A stretch of 32,000 nt of DNA from Nitrosotalea sp. (GTDB lineage Archaea > Thermoproteota > Nitrososphaeria > Nitrososphaerales > Nitrosopumilaceae): contig DATFCV010000055.1 in NCBI GenBank assembly GCA_035252645.1, positions 1 to 32,000 on the forward strand, written 5' to 3'. The position numbers were made by a program, and so were the translations under genes. Under the pieces are notes generated by a model. The model had not been told where the DNA came from. It made no database searches and saw only the letters and a list, made by a program, of their open reading frames with translations. Positions 1 through 7,029 of this stretch are shown here, one piece after another (position 1 is the first letter of the stretch; every line of letters starts with the position of its first letter).

Positions 1-252
1 AAGTGGTCAAAAACCGCTGAAAGTCAACTTCGAAAAATTTCAAGATTGAACAAGGACATCGCGCAGCAAATAGTTACAAAACTTGACGAGATTTCAAACA
101 ACCCTTATCTTTTTACGGAGAAACTTTCAGGCCTCAACCTAAGAAAACTAAGAGTTGGAAATTACAGGGTAATTCTATATTTAGAAGGCCAAAAGATGGT
201 TATCTTCATAGTTCAAGTAGGTCCAAGAAGCAACATTTACGAGAAACTGTAA
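1..252 (+). CDS. RelE/ParE-family type II toxin (mRNA interferase); 5' end runs off the window
   Basis: Frame 1 is open from base 1 (KWSKTAESQLRKISRLNKDIAQQI...), so the TTG at 46 in the ORF track is probably internal. The C-terminus LRKLRVGNYRVILYLEGQKMVIFIVQVGPRSNIY fits the RelE/ParE core (G-[DN]-YR-[VI]-I-Y ... V-G-x-R-x-x-[IV]-Y). The region is AT-rich relative to the rest of the window. Confidence 0.8.
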   Translation, partial: KWSKTAESQLRKISRLNKDIAQQIVTKLDEISNNPYLFTEKLSGLNLRKLRVGNYRVILYLEGQKMVIFIVQVGPRSNIYEKL

Positions 253-386
253 TAAAGTCAGTTGGCGATCCTGCCTTGCTCTGTTATTGCTGTGTATCCT
301 AACGGCAGTTGTATGAGCAACGCAAACCCTGAAGGATCAAATCCCTGCAAGAATACTTCACCAGAAGAAACCATGTTGCATTTTGA

Positions 387-404
387 TTAAATTTGAATTT
401 AACA
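387..404. repeat. Copy A of an 18-bp perfect direct repeat TTAAATTTGAATTTAACA, with internal palindrome TTAAATT-TG-AATTTAA
   Basis: Identical 18-mer at 387-404 and 1043-1060. This copy lies about 85 nt upstream of the Doc-like ORF. Confidence 0.9.
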
Positions 405-487
405 TAACTTCGCGATGATTTGATTCATCATATTAAAAAAAGAATTTCTTTCAACCCTTAAATCGTACTGCCAAAGGGAAATATCAT

Positions 488-931
488 ATGACGTCAAATG
501 ATAAGATACTCATGAATCTTGATAATCAGTATTTAATTGATGTTAATGAGAAAATTCTCAAAAGATATGAGAAAATAAAAAAAGTCAAGGTATACATTGA
601 AACTACAAAAAATATTGATCGTGTAATTCCCACAGTAAATAGTGTTGGCAATTCTGGAAATCGAGAAAAAGACTTGATTGAAAAAGCAGCGTGTATAATG
701 GCTGTGATTCCGTGGACTCAAGCATTTTTTGATGGCAATAGACGAACTGGAATTATCGCTGCAAGTAAATTTCTGTATGATAACGGGTATGAATTAGATA
801 TTGATCCAGGAAGCGAGAATTTAGAGTTAAGACACATGTTAAGTGAGATCAAGAAACAGACCCAGACCTTGAACCAAGACATTATGAAACAGCTGTCTTT
901 TTATGTCTCAAGGAGAATCAAGAAACTATGA
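488..931 (+). CDS. Fic/Doc (death-on-curing) family protein with a degenerate catalytic motif
   Basis: 147 aa. The motif ...PWTQAFFDGNRRTGIIAASKFLYDNGYEL aligns to the Doc/Fic core H-x-F-x-D-[GA]-N-[KG]-R-T, with Gln in place of the His. The gene is very AT-rich. Confidence 0.75.
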   Translation: MTSNDKILMNLDNQYLIDVNEKILKRYEKIKKVKVYIETTKNIDRVIPTVNSVGNSGNREKDLIEKAACIMAVIPWTQAFFDGNRRTGIIAASKFLYDNGYELDIDPGSENLELRHMLSEIKKQTQTLNQDIMKQLSFYVSRRIKKL

Positions 932-1011
932 GTCCAAAGGATGAGAAAGTGACGGATGAACTCATTGAGAAATATTCTAAACTTTTAGATGATCTAGCCA
1001 CAGACGACTAG
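928..1011 (+). CDS. 27-aa acidic mini-ORF (MSPKDEKVTDELIEKYSKLLDDLATDD), stop/start-coupled to the Doc-like gene
   Basis: Its ATG (928-930) overlaps the Doc-like TGA (929-931) as ATGA. It has 9 acidic versus 4 basic residues and is below the ORF-track size cutoff. The coding status is unproven. Confidence 0.3.
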   Translation: MSPKDEKVTDELIEKYSKLLDDLATDD

Positions 1012-1042
1012 ATGCTAAACCATTTTTGCATATGGTATTTGT

Positions 1043-1060
1043 TTAAATTTGAATTTAACA
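1043..1060. repeat. Copy B of the 18-bp perfect direct repeat TTAAATTTGAATTTAACA
   Basis: Identical to 387-404. It lies 32 nt after the mini-ORF stop, so the pair brackets the Doc-like cassette. Confidence 0.9.
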
Positions 1061-1196
1061 AGCAGAAAGAACAAAAACGTAGTTGGTCTTGATGTCATCT
1101 CTTTGCCAATTTGTTATGCAAATTCTTTCTTCTCTTTAACAAATCTGCCACCAATTCCTGAATTTTCTTGTAACCTGAATTTTTTTCCGGCAATGC

Positions 1197-1505
1197 CTAG
1201 GCTTCTCCCTGCTCAACGCCGGGGAACCCTGCCTCGTACTCTCGCTCGAGGCTCTCGCGTGTCTGCTTCTCAATCTCGTCCTCCTCCCCCTCCGACGTTG
1301 CAAGCTCTATCCTCCTCTCGTCCTTTGTGAGCCATGTCACCTTGATGAGGCCATAAATCTCAAGGTTGAGGAGGGTCTTGTTGAACTCGTCCTCGGGAAT
1401 GGTTATCCCTTTCTTGATGAGCGCTTTTGACAGCTCGCTGTCAGTCATCGAGCCCGCGTCCCTTATAATCTCGTACACCGAGTTTCGAAGTGGCATTGTA
1501 GTCAT
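1197..1505 (-). CDS. Small conserved-looking protein (possible winged-helix fold) with an acidic C-terminal tail, directly downstream of cdc48
   Basis: 102 aa. Its start lies 3 nt after the cdc48 stop on the same strand. The pattern SELSKALIKKGITIPEDEFNKTLLNLEIYGLIKV looks wHTH-like, and the tail is EGEEDEIEKQTRESLEREYE. I recognised no specific family. Confidence 0.6.
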   Translation of the reverse strand: MTTMPLRNSVYEIIRDAGSMTDSELSKALIKKGITIPEDEFNKTLLNLEIYGLIKVTWLTKDERRIELATSEGEEDEIEKQTRESLEREYEAGFPGVEQGEA

Positions 1506-1508
1506 GTT

Positions 1509-3689
1509 TTATCCGTAAAAGGCCTTGTCAATTGGCTTTGGAAGGGCGTATGATATATTGTCTTTGATTGATGTGTACCAGTCCTCCACTCCCTTGGTAA
1601 TCGAGGGCTTGACGACCTTTAGCGCCGCAGCAAAATCGACGCTGTTAATCTTGGGGGCGTTGTTTCGCATGGCCTGGACTGCTGCCTCCCTGCATACTGC
1701 TACAAGGTCCGCGCCGGTGTATCCCTTGGTAGAGAGCGCAATCTCCTTGAGGTCGACGTCTCCTGAAAGGGGCATCTGGCGCGTAAGCGACTTGATTATC
1801 TCAAACCTTCCCTTCTCCTCGGGCGGCGGTATGAAAAGAATAAGGTCCAGCCTGCCGGGCCTCAGAAGCGACGGGTCTATCAGGTCTGGCCTGTTTGATA
1901 TGCCTACCACGACAACCCTTGCAGCCCCTCCGTCCTCCATCTCGGTGAGCAGCTGGCTCAGGAGCCTCTCGCCAACACCTGTTTCCTCGAGGGACTTTGA
2001 TCTTGCAAGCGAGTCAAGCTCGTCGAAAATTATTATGCACGGCGACGACGCCTTGGCCTTGCGGAATATCTCGCGAATTGCCTTTTCCGACTCCCCGACC
2101 CACTTTGAAAGAATCTCGGCGCCGCGAACAAGTATCATGTTGCCCCCGCTCTCGGTGGCAAGGGCCCGCGCAAGAAGGGTCTTGCCGCATCCTGGTGGCC
2201 CGTAGAGAAGCGCGCCCTTTGGCGGCTTGATGCCCATCTTCTGGAACTTGGCAGGCTCCTTGATTGCCGTTATGAGGTTGTCGTTTAGCGTGCGCTTGGC
2301 ATCGTCGAGTCCCCCGACGTCCTTCCACCATATCTTGGGGGATTCTACGTAAAACTCCCTCATTGCAGTCGGCACGATCTCGTGCATCGCGTCGTAAAAG
2401 TCCTGCATCTTGATTATGAGCTTCTGCAAGACCTCGCCTGAAATCTTTTCAGTCTCCATCTCGATTTCGGGCAAGAATGTCCTCAGCGCCTTCATCGCCG
2501 CTTCCCTGCAAAGCGACTTGATGTCGGCACCTGTGTACCCGTGCAGCTCTGAGGCAAGGGCCTTGAGGTCGACATCGTCGTCAAGCGGCATGCCGCGCGT
2601 GTGAATCTGCAAAATCTCAAGCCTCCCGTCTGCGTTTGGAACCGATATCTCAATCTCCCTGTCAAACCTTCCCGGCCTTCGCAGCGCGGGGTCTACCGAC
2701 TCGGGCCTGTTGGTTGCCCCGAGGACTATTACGTTTCCCCTGTCGTTGAGCCCGTCCATGAGGGCAAGAAGTTGGGCAACGACCCTTTTTTCCACGTCGC
2801 CGTACGCCTCCTCCCTCTTTGGGGCAATCGCGTCTATCTCGTCGATGAATATCACTGCAGGTGCGTTCTCCTTTGCCTCCTTGAATATGTCCCTGAGGCG
2901 GGCCTCGGTCTCACCGTAGTACTTGTTCATTATCTCAGGGCCGTTGATTGAATAGAAGTTTGCCTCCGACTCGGACGCAAGCACCTTTGCTATCAGAGTC
3001 TTGCCGCATCCTGGAGGGCCGTAAAGAAGTATGCCGCTGTGCGGCTCGATGTTAAGCTGCGTAAAGACCTCGGGGTGCTTGAGCGGAAGCTCGACTATCT
3101 CGCGCATCCTGTTTATCTGCGCCCGCAGGCCGCCAATTTCCTCGTATGTGACGCGGAGCTTCTTGTCAACGGACGACTCGGTAAGTATGGTAAGCGACGT
3201 TGCGCGCTCTATCTTTACAACGCCTTTTGGGGCAACCTTGTGAATCTTAAAGTCCATGGAATTTCCAAGTATCATGACTGAAATCTCGTCACCCTCCGAA
3301 AGGGGCAGTCCCTTGAGCCTGTTCTTGACAAAATCCGTAAACTCCTTGTCTACAGTGACGTTGCCGTTGACAGGCATCAGTACTACTGTCTTTGCTGCCT
3401 TGGCTGCAACCTTCCTTACTGAAACCAGGTCATTGATGCCAATTCCAACGTTCTTCCTTGTCTGACCGTCGATTCGTATCATGTCTGGCGCCTTGTTGTC
3501 GTCATCCGCAGGCCAGACTATGGCACAGCTTGACTTTTTACCTATTATCTCAATCATGTCGCCTGGCTCTACCTTTAGAAATTCCATTGCCTCAGGCTCT
3601 ATCCTTGCCCGCCTCTTGCCCACATCCCTCTGCTTTGCTTCGCCAACACGCATCTGGAGAAGCTCTTCCTTTCTTGCCACTTGGGCCAC
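1509..3689 (-). CDS. cdc48: Cdc48/VCP/p97-type double-ring AAA+ ATPase
   Basis: 726 aa with an N-domain followed by two Walker A sites (GPPGCGKT twice), Walker B (IIFIDEID / IIIFDELD) and SRH regions. The C-terminus ...DKAFYG is an HbYX-type tail. The start is GTG at 3689, immediately after the aEF-1beta stop. Confidence 0.97.
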   Translation of the reverse strand: MAQVARKEELLQMRVGEAKQRDVGKRRARIEPEAMEFLKVEPGDMIEIIGKKSSCAIVWPADDDNKAPDMIRIDGQTRKNVGIGINDLVSVRKVAAKAAKTVVLMPVNGNVTVDKEFTDFVKNRLKGLPLSEGDEISVMILGNSMDFKIHKVAPKGVVKIERATSLTILTESSVDKKLRVTYEEIGGLRAQINRMREIVELPLKHPEVFTQLNIEPHSGILLYGPPGCGKTLIAKVLASESEANFYSINGPEIMNKYYGETEARLRDIFKEAKENAPAVIFIDEIDAIAPKREEAYGDVEKRVVAQLLALMDGLNDRGNVIVLGATNRPESVDPALRRPGRFDREIEISVPNADGRLEILQIHTRGMPLDDDVDLKALASELHGYTGADIKSLCREAAMKALRTFLPEIEMETEKISGEVLQKLIIKMQDFYDAMHEIVPTAMREFYVESPKIWWKDVGGLDDAKRTLNDNLITAIKEPAKFQKMGIKPPKGALLYGPPGCGKTLLARALATESGGNMILVRGAEILSKWVGESEKAIREIFRKAKASSPCIIIFDELDSLARSKSLEETGVGERLLSQLLTEMEDGGAARVVVVGISNRPDLIDPSLLRPGRLDLILFIPPPEEKGRFEIIKSLTRQMPLSGDVDLKEIALSTKGYTGADLVAVCREAAVQAMRNNAPKINSVDFAAALKVVKPSITKGVEDWYTSIKDNISYALPKPIDKAFYG

Positions 3690-3971
3690 CTACTTGGCGT
3701 CTACAGAGGCGCGGCTGACTCCGAGCACCTCAAACTCCCCAATGCCTTCAACTGAGCGCACGCTGTTTTCAAGCGAATCCATTTGTCCTTCCTTATCATC
3801 TAAGTTGAACTCGGCATTAATAAAATAGAGGCCAAAAGCAAGGGGCTCTTTTGTATACTTTGATAGCGTGATCCCATCCTTGAGGGCGGAGGATATCTTC
3901 TTTGCAGCGCTGTCAAGGTCTATCTCGGTTCCAGTCGGAAGGATCTTTGCACGTAGTGTTAGTCGCGGCAT
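3690..3971 (-). CDS. ef1b: Translation elongation factor aEF-1beta
   Basis: The ORF track extends to 4088, but homology begins at Met40 (ATG at 3971). MPRLTLRAKILPTGTEIDLDSAAKKISSAL...EPLAFGLYFINAEFNLDDKEG...ENSVRSVEGIGEFEVLGVSR matches the ~90-aa archaeal EF-1beta pattern. Confidence 0.85.
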   Translation of the reverse strand: MPRLTLRAKILPTGTEIDLDSAAKKISSALKDGITLSKYTKEPLAFGLYFINAEFNLDDKEGQMDSLENSVRSVEGIGEFEVLGVSRASVDAK

Positions 3972-3975
3972 CTTT

Positions 3976-4104
3976 CTATGGTCCCTGAAAATTGCATGAC
4001 TTGCACGTATATGCCCTTGCCGATTCCCTGCAGCTCTCGCATCTCCAGAGCAGGACCTGTCCGCAGCTTGGGCAGTTGAACTTGACACATTTATCGTTAG
4101 GCAT
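3976..4104 (-). CDS. Small Zn-ribbon protein (42 aa, CxxC motifs) of the kind conserved upstream of aEF-1beta in archaea
   Basis: My own translation is MPNDKCVKFNCPSCGQVLLWRCESCRESARAYTCKSCNFQGP. It has CPSC, CESC and CKSC motifs plus one more Cys and is below the ORF-track cutoff. A Zn-ribbon gene next to ef1b is a known archaeal gene pair. Confidence 0.6.
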   Translation of the reverse strand: MPNDKCVKFNCPSCGQVLLWRCESCRESARAYTCKSCNFQGP

Positions 4105-4204
4105 TATCGGCCTGTGGCATGAACTGCATACCGGCAGGGCTATGGATGACGACATAATTCACGCTGATTCGAGTCCGAATTTATACCTTCGCGATCGTGA
4201 ACAG

Positions 4205-5341
4205 CTAGCTTAGGAAACGTCTCAACTCGTTTCCAAGCAATGCCTGCACTGCCTTTACAGATCCCTTGACTCCCAGCATCTTGGCAACGGACGTGGTGTG
4301 AAAGTCAAAACTTCCCTCGCGCGAGATCTCTTCTAGTACCTGCGGTGTAATAGAGTCAAAGAGAGAGTTAATGGTCTTGTTGTCAAGCCTCTCAAGCAGC
4401 GACCTTGCAAGAAGCATCTGCGAAAACTCCTTTCCAAACTTGGCCTGCCACTCGGACTGGTACTGGCCCAGGTCTGACAGGCTGCCACTCTCAAGGTATC
4501 TTGAAATCGCCCTTCCCGCAAGTATCCCGCCAACGCCAGACGAGTAAATGCCACCCGCCGTTGTAGGTTTTGCCTGCCCTGCCGCGTCACCTATTGTTAC
4601 GACGTTCTTTGCCACAAAATCCTTGATTGGCCCCTTAATCCAGATGGGCGCAAATATCTTCCTAATTGTAGAATGCCTCCCCTTGCTTTTCAAAAATTCC
4701 TCAAGAACGGTAGCTGCATTTATCCCCCTTCCTGCAACTCCGACCTTTGCCTCGTCATGCCTTGTAGGTATGACCCACGCAAAAAATCCCGGATACTTTT
4801 CCTGGTCAAGATAAACCTCGACACTTTCTTTGTCAACCCAGTCCGCATAGACCTCGTACTGCGCAGACTGGAGGGTTCCTGTACGGTCCCTGTTTACAAG
4901 CGACGTCACGCCCCTTGCATCAACTATGACCTTGCATCTTACGTCCCCCTCGTTTGTCCTGACCCCGTCGCCTGTAATCTCGCGCATCTGTGTCCTTACG
5001 CGGACCTCGGCCCCGTTTGACGTCGCTTGGTGTGCAATCTGCTTGTCAAACTCGCGCCTGTCAAGTACTATTACCTGCTGGGGTCTTGCATCAAGCGTAA
5101 CCTCTTTTCCGGAAGGCGCAACAAGGCGGGCCGACCTTATCTTGTTGTCAAGGGTTGCCCGCATCGGAATTATTCCAAGGTCGTCCATCGCAGGAATGCT
5201 TACTAGCCCGCCGCAGTGCTCAGGAGTCCCAATCTCATAGTCTTCTTCGATGACAAGCACCTTGTGGCCAAGCGTTGCTATCTCCCGGGCGCAGAGAAGT
5301 CCTGCGACGCTTCCGCCTGCTACAACGACGTCGTAATCCAC
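4205..5341 (-). CDS. Geranylgeranyl reductase family FAD-dependent oxidoreductase (archaeal lipid saturation type)
   Basis: 378 aa. The N-terminal Rossmann FAD motif is YDVVVAGGSVAGLLCAREIA, and GDAAG and overall GGR-like features are present. Confidence 0.9.
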   Translation of the reverse strand: MDYDVVVAGGSVAGLLCAREIATLGHKVLVIEEDYEIGTPEHCGGLVSIPAMDDLGIIPMRATLDNKIRSARLVAPSGKEVTLDARPQQVIVLDRREFDKQIAHQATSNGAEVRVRTQMREITGDGVRTNEGDVRCKVIVDARGVTSLVNRDRTGTLQSAQYEVYADWVDKESVEVYLDQEKYPGFFAWVIPTRHDEAKVGVAGRGINAATVLEEFLKSKGRHSTIRKIFAPIWIKGPIKDFVAKNVVTIGDAAGQAKPTTAGGIYSSGVGGILAGRAISRYLESGSLSDLGQYQSEWQAKFGKEFSQMLLARSLLERLDNKTINSLFDSITPQVLEEISREGSFDFHTTSVAKMLGVKGSVKAVQALLGNELRRFLS

Positions 5342-5399
5342 GAGGTATTGATTCGCGACAATTATTTATATTAACCAAAACTCGGCGCAGAAATCTGTC

Positions 5400-5546
5400 T
5401 CAATCAGCATGTCTTGGCAAGAGCCTGAACTTTGGCGCGCAGTCCTTGTGGAACCACGCGTCGCCAAAGATCACGTCGCCCTCCTCAAACCTAATTTCCG
5501 CGCTACAATAGGCGCACAAAAGCGCGGTGGTCTGGGACCTTACCAT
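5400..5546 (-). CDS. Small zinc-finger-like protein (48 aa if started at Met87 of the tracked ORF)
   Basis: MVRSQTTALLCAYCSAEIRFEEGDVIFGDAWFHKDCAPKF has a C-x2-C...H-x2-C arrangement. The ATATAT element about 25-30 nt upstream (5569-5580) fits a leaderless promoter. The tracked 134-aa version would run antisense through the pth2 start. A GTG at 5600 is an alternative start. Confidence 0.4.
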   Translation of the reverse strand: MVRSQTTALLCAYCSAEIRFEEGDVIFGDAWFHKDCAPKFRLLPRHAD

Positions 5547-5648
5547 ATTTTTGGTATTTGCGCTCTCCGATATATCACCAAGTCTGTAACAATTTTGCAC
5601 ATCCCTCTTGAGCCAAAGTTTAACATTCCCACCCTCGTCAGGGTTATC

Positions 5649-6005
5649 ATGGGTGCAATAAAGCAGGTCATAGTAGTTAGGAGGGACCTTGGGATGGGAA
5701 CAGGCAAGATTGCAGCCCAGGTGGGGCACGCATGCGTCCTTGGAGCCGAGCATGTCAGGAAATCCAAAAGGGAGTGGTATGACGAGTGGGAAAGGTACGG
5801 CCAAGAAAAGGTAGTGGTAAAAGTATCAAGCCTCCAGGAACTCGAAGACGTCAAGAGACACGCCATAGCACTTGGGCTCCCATGGTCAGAGGTCACAGAC
5901 GCGGGGCACACCCAGATAGAGCCTGGTACTGTGACATGCATATCGATAGGACCTGCACCCGAAGTCGAGATTGACAAGGTCACAAAAGACCTAAAGCTTC
6001 TCTAG
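5649..6005 (+). CDS. pth2: Archaeal-type peptidyl-tRNA hydrolase Pth2
   Basis: Homology starts at Met81 of the tracked ORF. MGAIKQVIVVRRDLGMGTGKIAAQVGHACV...TDAGHTQIEPGTVTCISIGPAP...LKLL matches the ~118-aa Pth2 pattern. The upstream 80 codons look non-coding. Confidence 0.9.
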   Translation: MGAIKQVIVVRRDLGMGTGKIAAQVGHACVLGAEHVRKSKREWYDEWERYGQEKVVVKVSSLQELEDVKRHAIALGLPWSEVTDAGHTQIEPGTVTCISIGPAPEVEIDKVTKDLKLL

Positions 6006-6271
6006 ATCTGTTTTTCGCGCTCTCTTACCTTTGCGTCAAAGGTAGCAGTTATGTTGTCCCCAGGCTGCGCATGGCAGGGCGGCACATGAATTACAAAGTG
6101 GTCCTTTGTCTCCACCCAGCATCCTGTCGAGTCGACCTCCTTTACGGTGACCTGCTCGGTTACCGTATTTGGAATAAGGTTCCAGAACGGGAATACCAAG
6201 GTGGTCATGACTATTATGGCAGCGGCAATTCCGCCAAAGATCATGAGTTTCTCGTTCATACCATGTCCCAC
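6002..6271 (-). CDS. Small single-pass membrane protein, unknown function
   Basis: One hydrophobic helix (LMIFGGIAAAIIVMTTLVFPF) is followed by a soluble ~55-aa domain. The start is GTG at 6271 or ATG at 6259. Its stop shares a CTAG with the pth2 stop. Confidence 0.5.
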   Translation of the reverse strand: MGHGMNEKLMIFGGIAAAIIVMTTLVFPFWNLIPNTVTEQVTVKEVDSTGCWVETKDHFVIHVPPCHAQPGDNITATFDAKVREREKQI

Positions 6272-6372
6272 TTGAACCCGTATTTAGGATTATTGCGGGA
6301 AAATTTTCGGGCGGCTTGCCGGAAATGGGAATATGAGAAATCCTCTTAAATCCTTTAATCGACGGATATTTT

Positions 6373-6654
6373 GTGTTCGTAGCAGTAGTAGAGGTACAGC
6401 TCAAAAAAGGGACGGAAGAGGAGTTCCGAAAATGGGTCACCGAGTCAAACCAAGAGCTCTCCAAGTTTGATGGCTTTGTCAACCGAAGGCTTTTGGCCAC
6501 GCGTACTGGCAAGCACGCGATGCTTGTAGAGTTTGAGAACCAGGAAAAGTTTGAGAAGATGCACCAGACCCAGGAACATTTTAGGATCCAGTCCAAGGGC
6601 CATTCGTACATGGAGACCCCGCCAAGGCCTGTCTTTTACGAAGTCGTAAGCTAG
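6373..6654 (+). CDS. ABM (antibiotic biosynthesis monooxygenase-like) / dimeric alpha-beta barrel domain protein
   Basis: 93 aa with a GTG start. The pattern VAVVEVQLKKGTEEEFRKW...GFVNRRLL...MLVEFENQEKFEKM is typical of stand-alone ABM domains. Confidence 0.7.
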   Translation: MFVAVVEVQLKKGTEEEFRKWVTESNQELSKFDGFVNRRLLATRTGKHAMLVEFENQEKFEKMHQTQEHFRIQSKGHSYMETPPRPVFYEVVS

Positions 6655-6715
6655 AATTCGTTTCTGTATCCGACCACCTTGCTTGCTTTTATGAAAATTT
6701 TGTGAGAGAAAACTC

Positions 6716-6805
6716 GGACGGGTCGCCAAGATAGGTATGGCGAGGATCTGAAAAATCCTTCACTGGGTTCGCCTCAGCTCGTGGGTTCGAATCCCACCCC
6801 GTCCG
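6716..6805 (+). tRNA. Class-II tRNA with a 21-nt variable region; the anticodon loop reads CU-GAA-AA and the isotype is ambiguous (Ser-like body with G73)
   Basis: Hand fold: acceptor GGACGGG/CCCGTCC, D arm GCC-AAGATAGGTAT-GGC, anticodon arm AGGAT-CTGAAAA-ATCCT, variable hairpin CTGGG-TTCG-CC(T)CAG, T arm GTGGG-TTCGAAT-CCCAC, and discriminator G. A TATA-like TTTTATGAAAATTTT lies about 25 nt upstream. No CCA is encoded. Confidence 0.85.
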
Positions 6806-7029
6806 GGTTCTACCTTGATAATGACACTAGATCTATTTATGTTTGCCAGCTTTTTTCCCGATTCATGAAATGGACTTGCAATCAAATTTTATGTCAACTG
6901 GGTAAAACGATAATCTGTATTGATCTTCTATAATTATTCTAGCATGGCGAAATAGGTATCCTTTACTATGGAACACCATTGCAGCTGAATTTTAGAGGAG
7001 ACAGATGCAGTGTCCTCGAATGACTTCTG

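Noticed and set aside
330-360. CCCTGAAGGATCAAATCCCTGCAAG resembles a degenerate tRNA T-arm and 3' end, which could be an att-site remnant.
   Set aside because: I could not fold a matching acceptor, D or anticodon arm around it, and it matches neither tRNA in the window. The resemblance is too weak to call a tRNA fragment.
1525-3828. Many plus-strand ORFs (for example 1525-2205, 2601-2951, 3039-3281 and 3481-3828), plus the minus-strand ORF 2014-2331 in another frame, overlap cdc48.
   Set aside because: They lie antisense to or out of frame with a full-length, motif-complete Cdc48 gene. Their translations are Ser/Arg/Pro/Leu-rich with no recognisable motifs, so they are shadow ORFs.
3972-4088. 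N-terminal 39 codons of the tracked 132-aa ORF upstream of aEF-1beta.
   Set aside because: EF-1beta homology starts at the internal Met (3971). The upstream stretch overlaps a better small Zn-ribbon gene in another frame.
5409-5648. N-terminal 80 codons of the tracked 198-aa ORF before Pth2, and the 5547-5804 part of the minus-strand 134-aa ORF.
   Set aside because: Pth2 family proteins are about 118 aa and homology starts at 5649. The long minus-strand version would run antisense across the pth2 start. Only the C-terminal zinc-finger part, with its own TATA-like element, is kept as a low-confidence gene.
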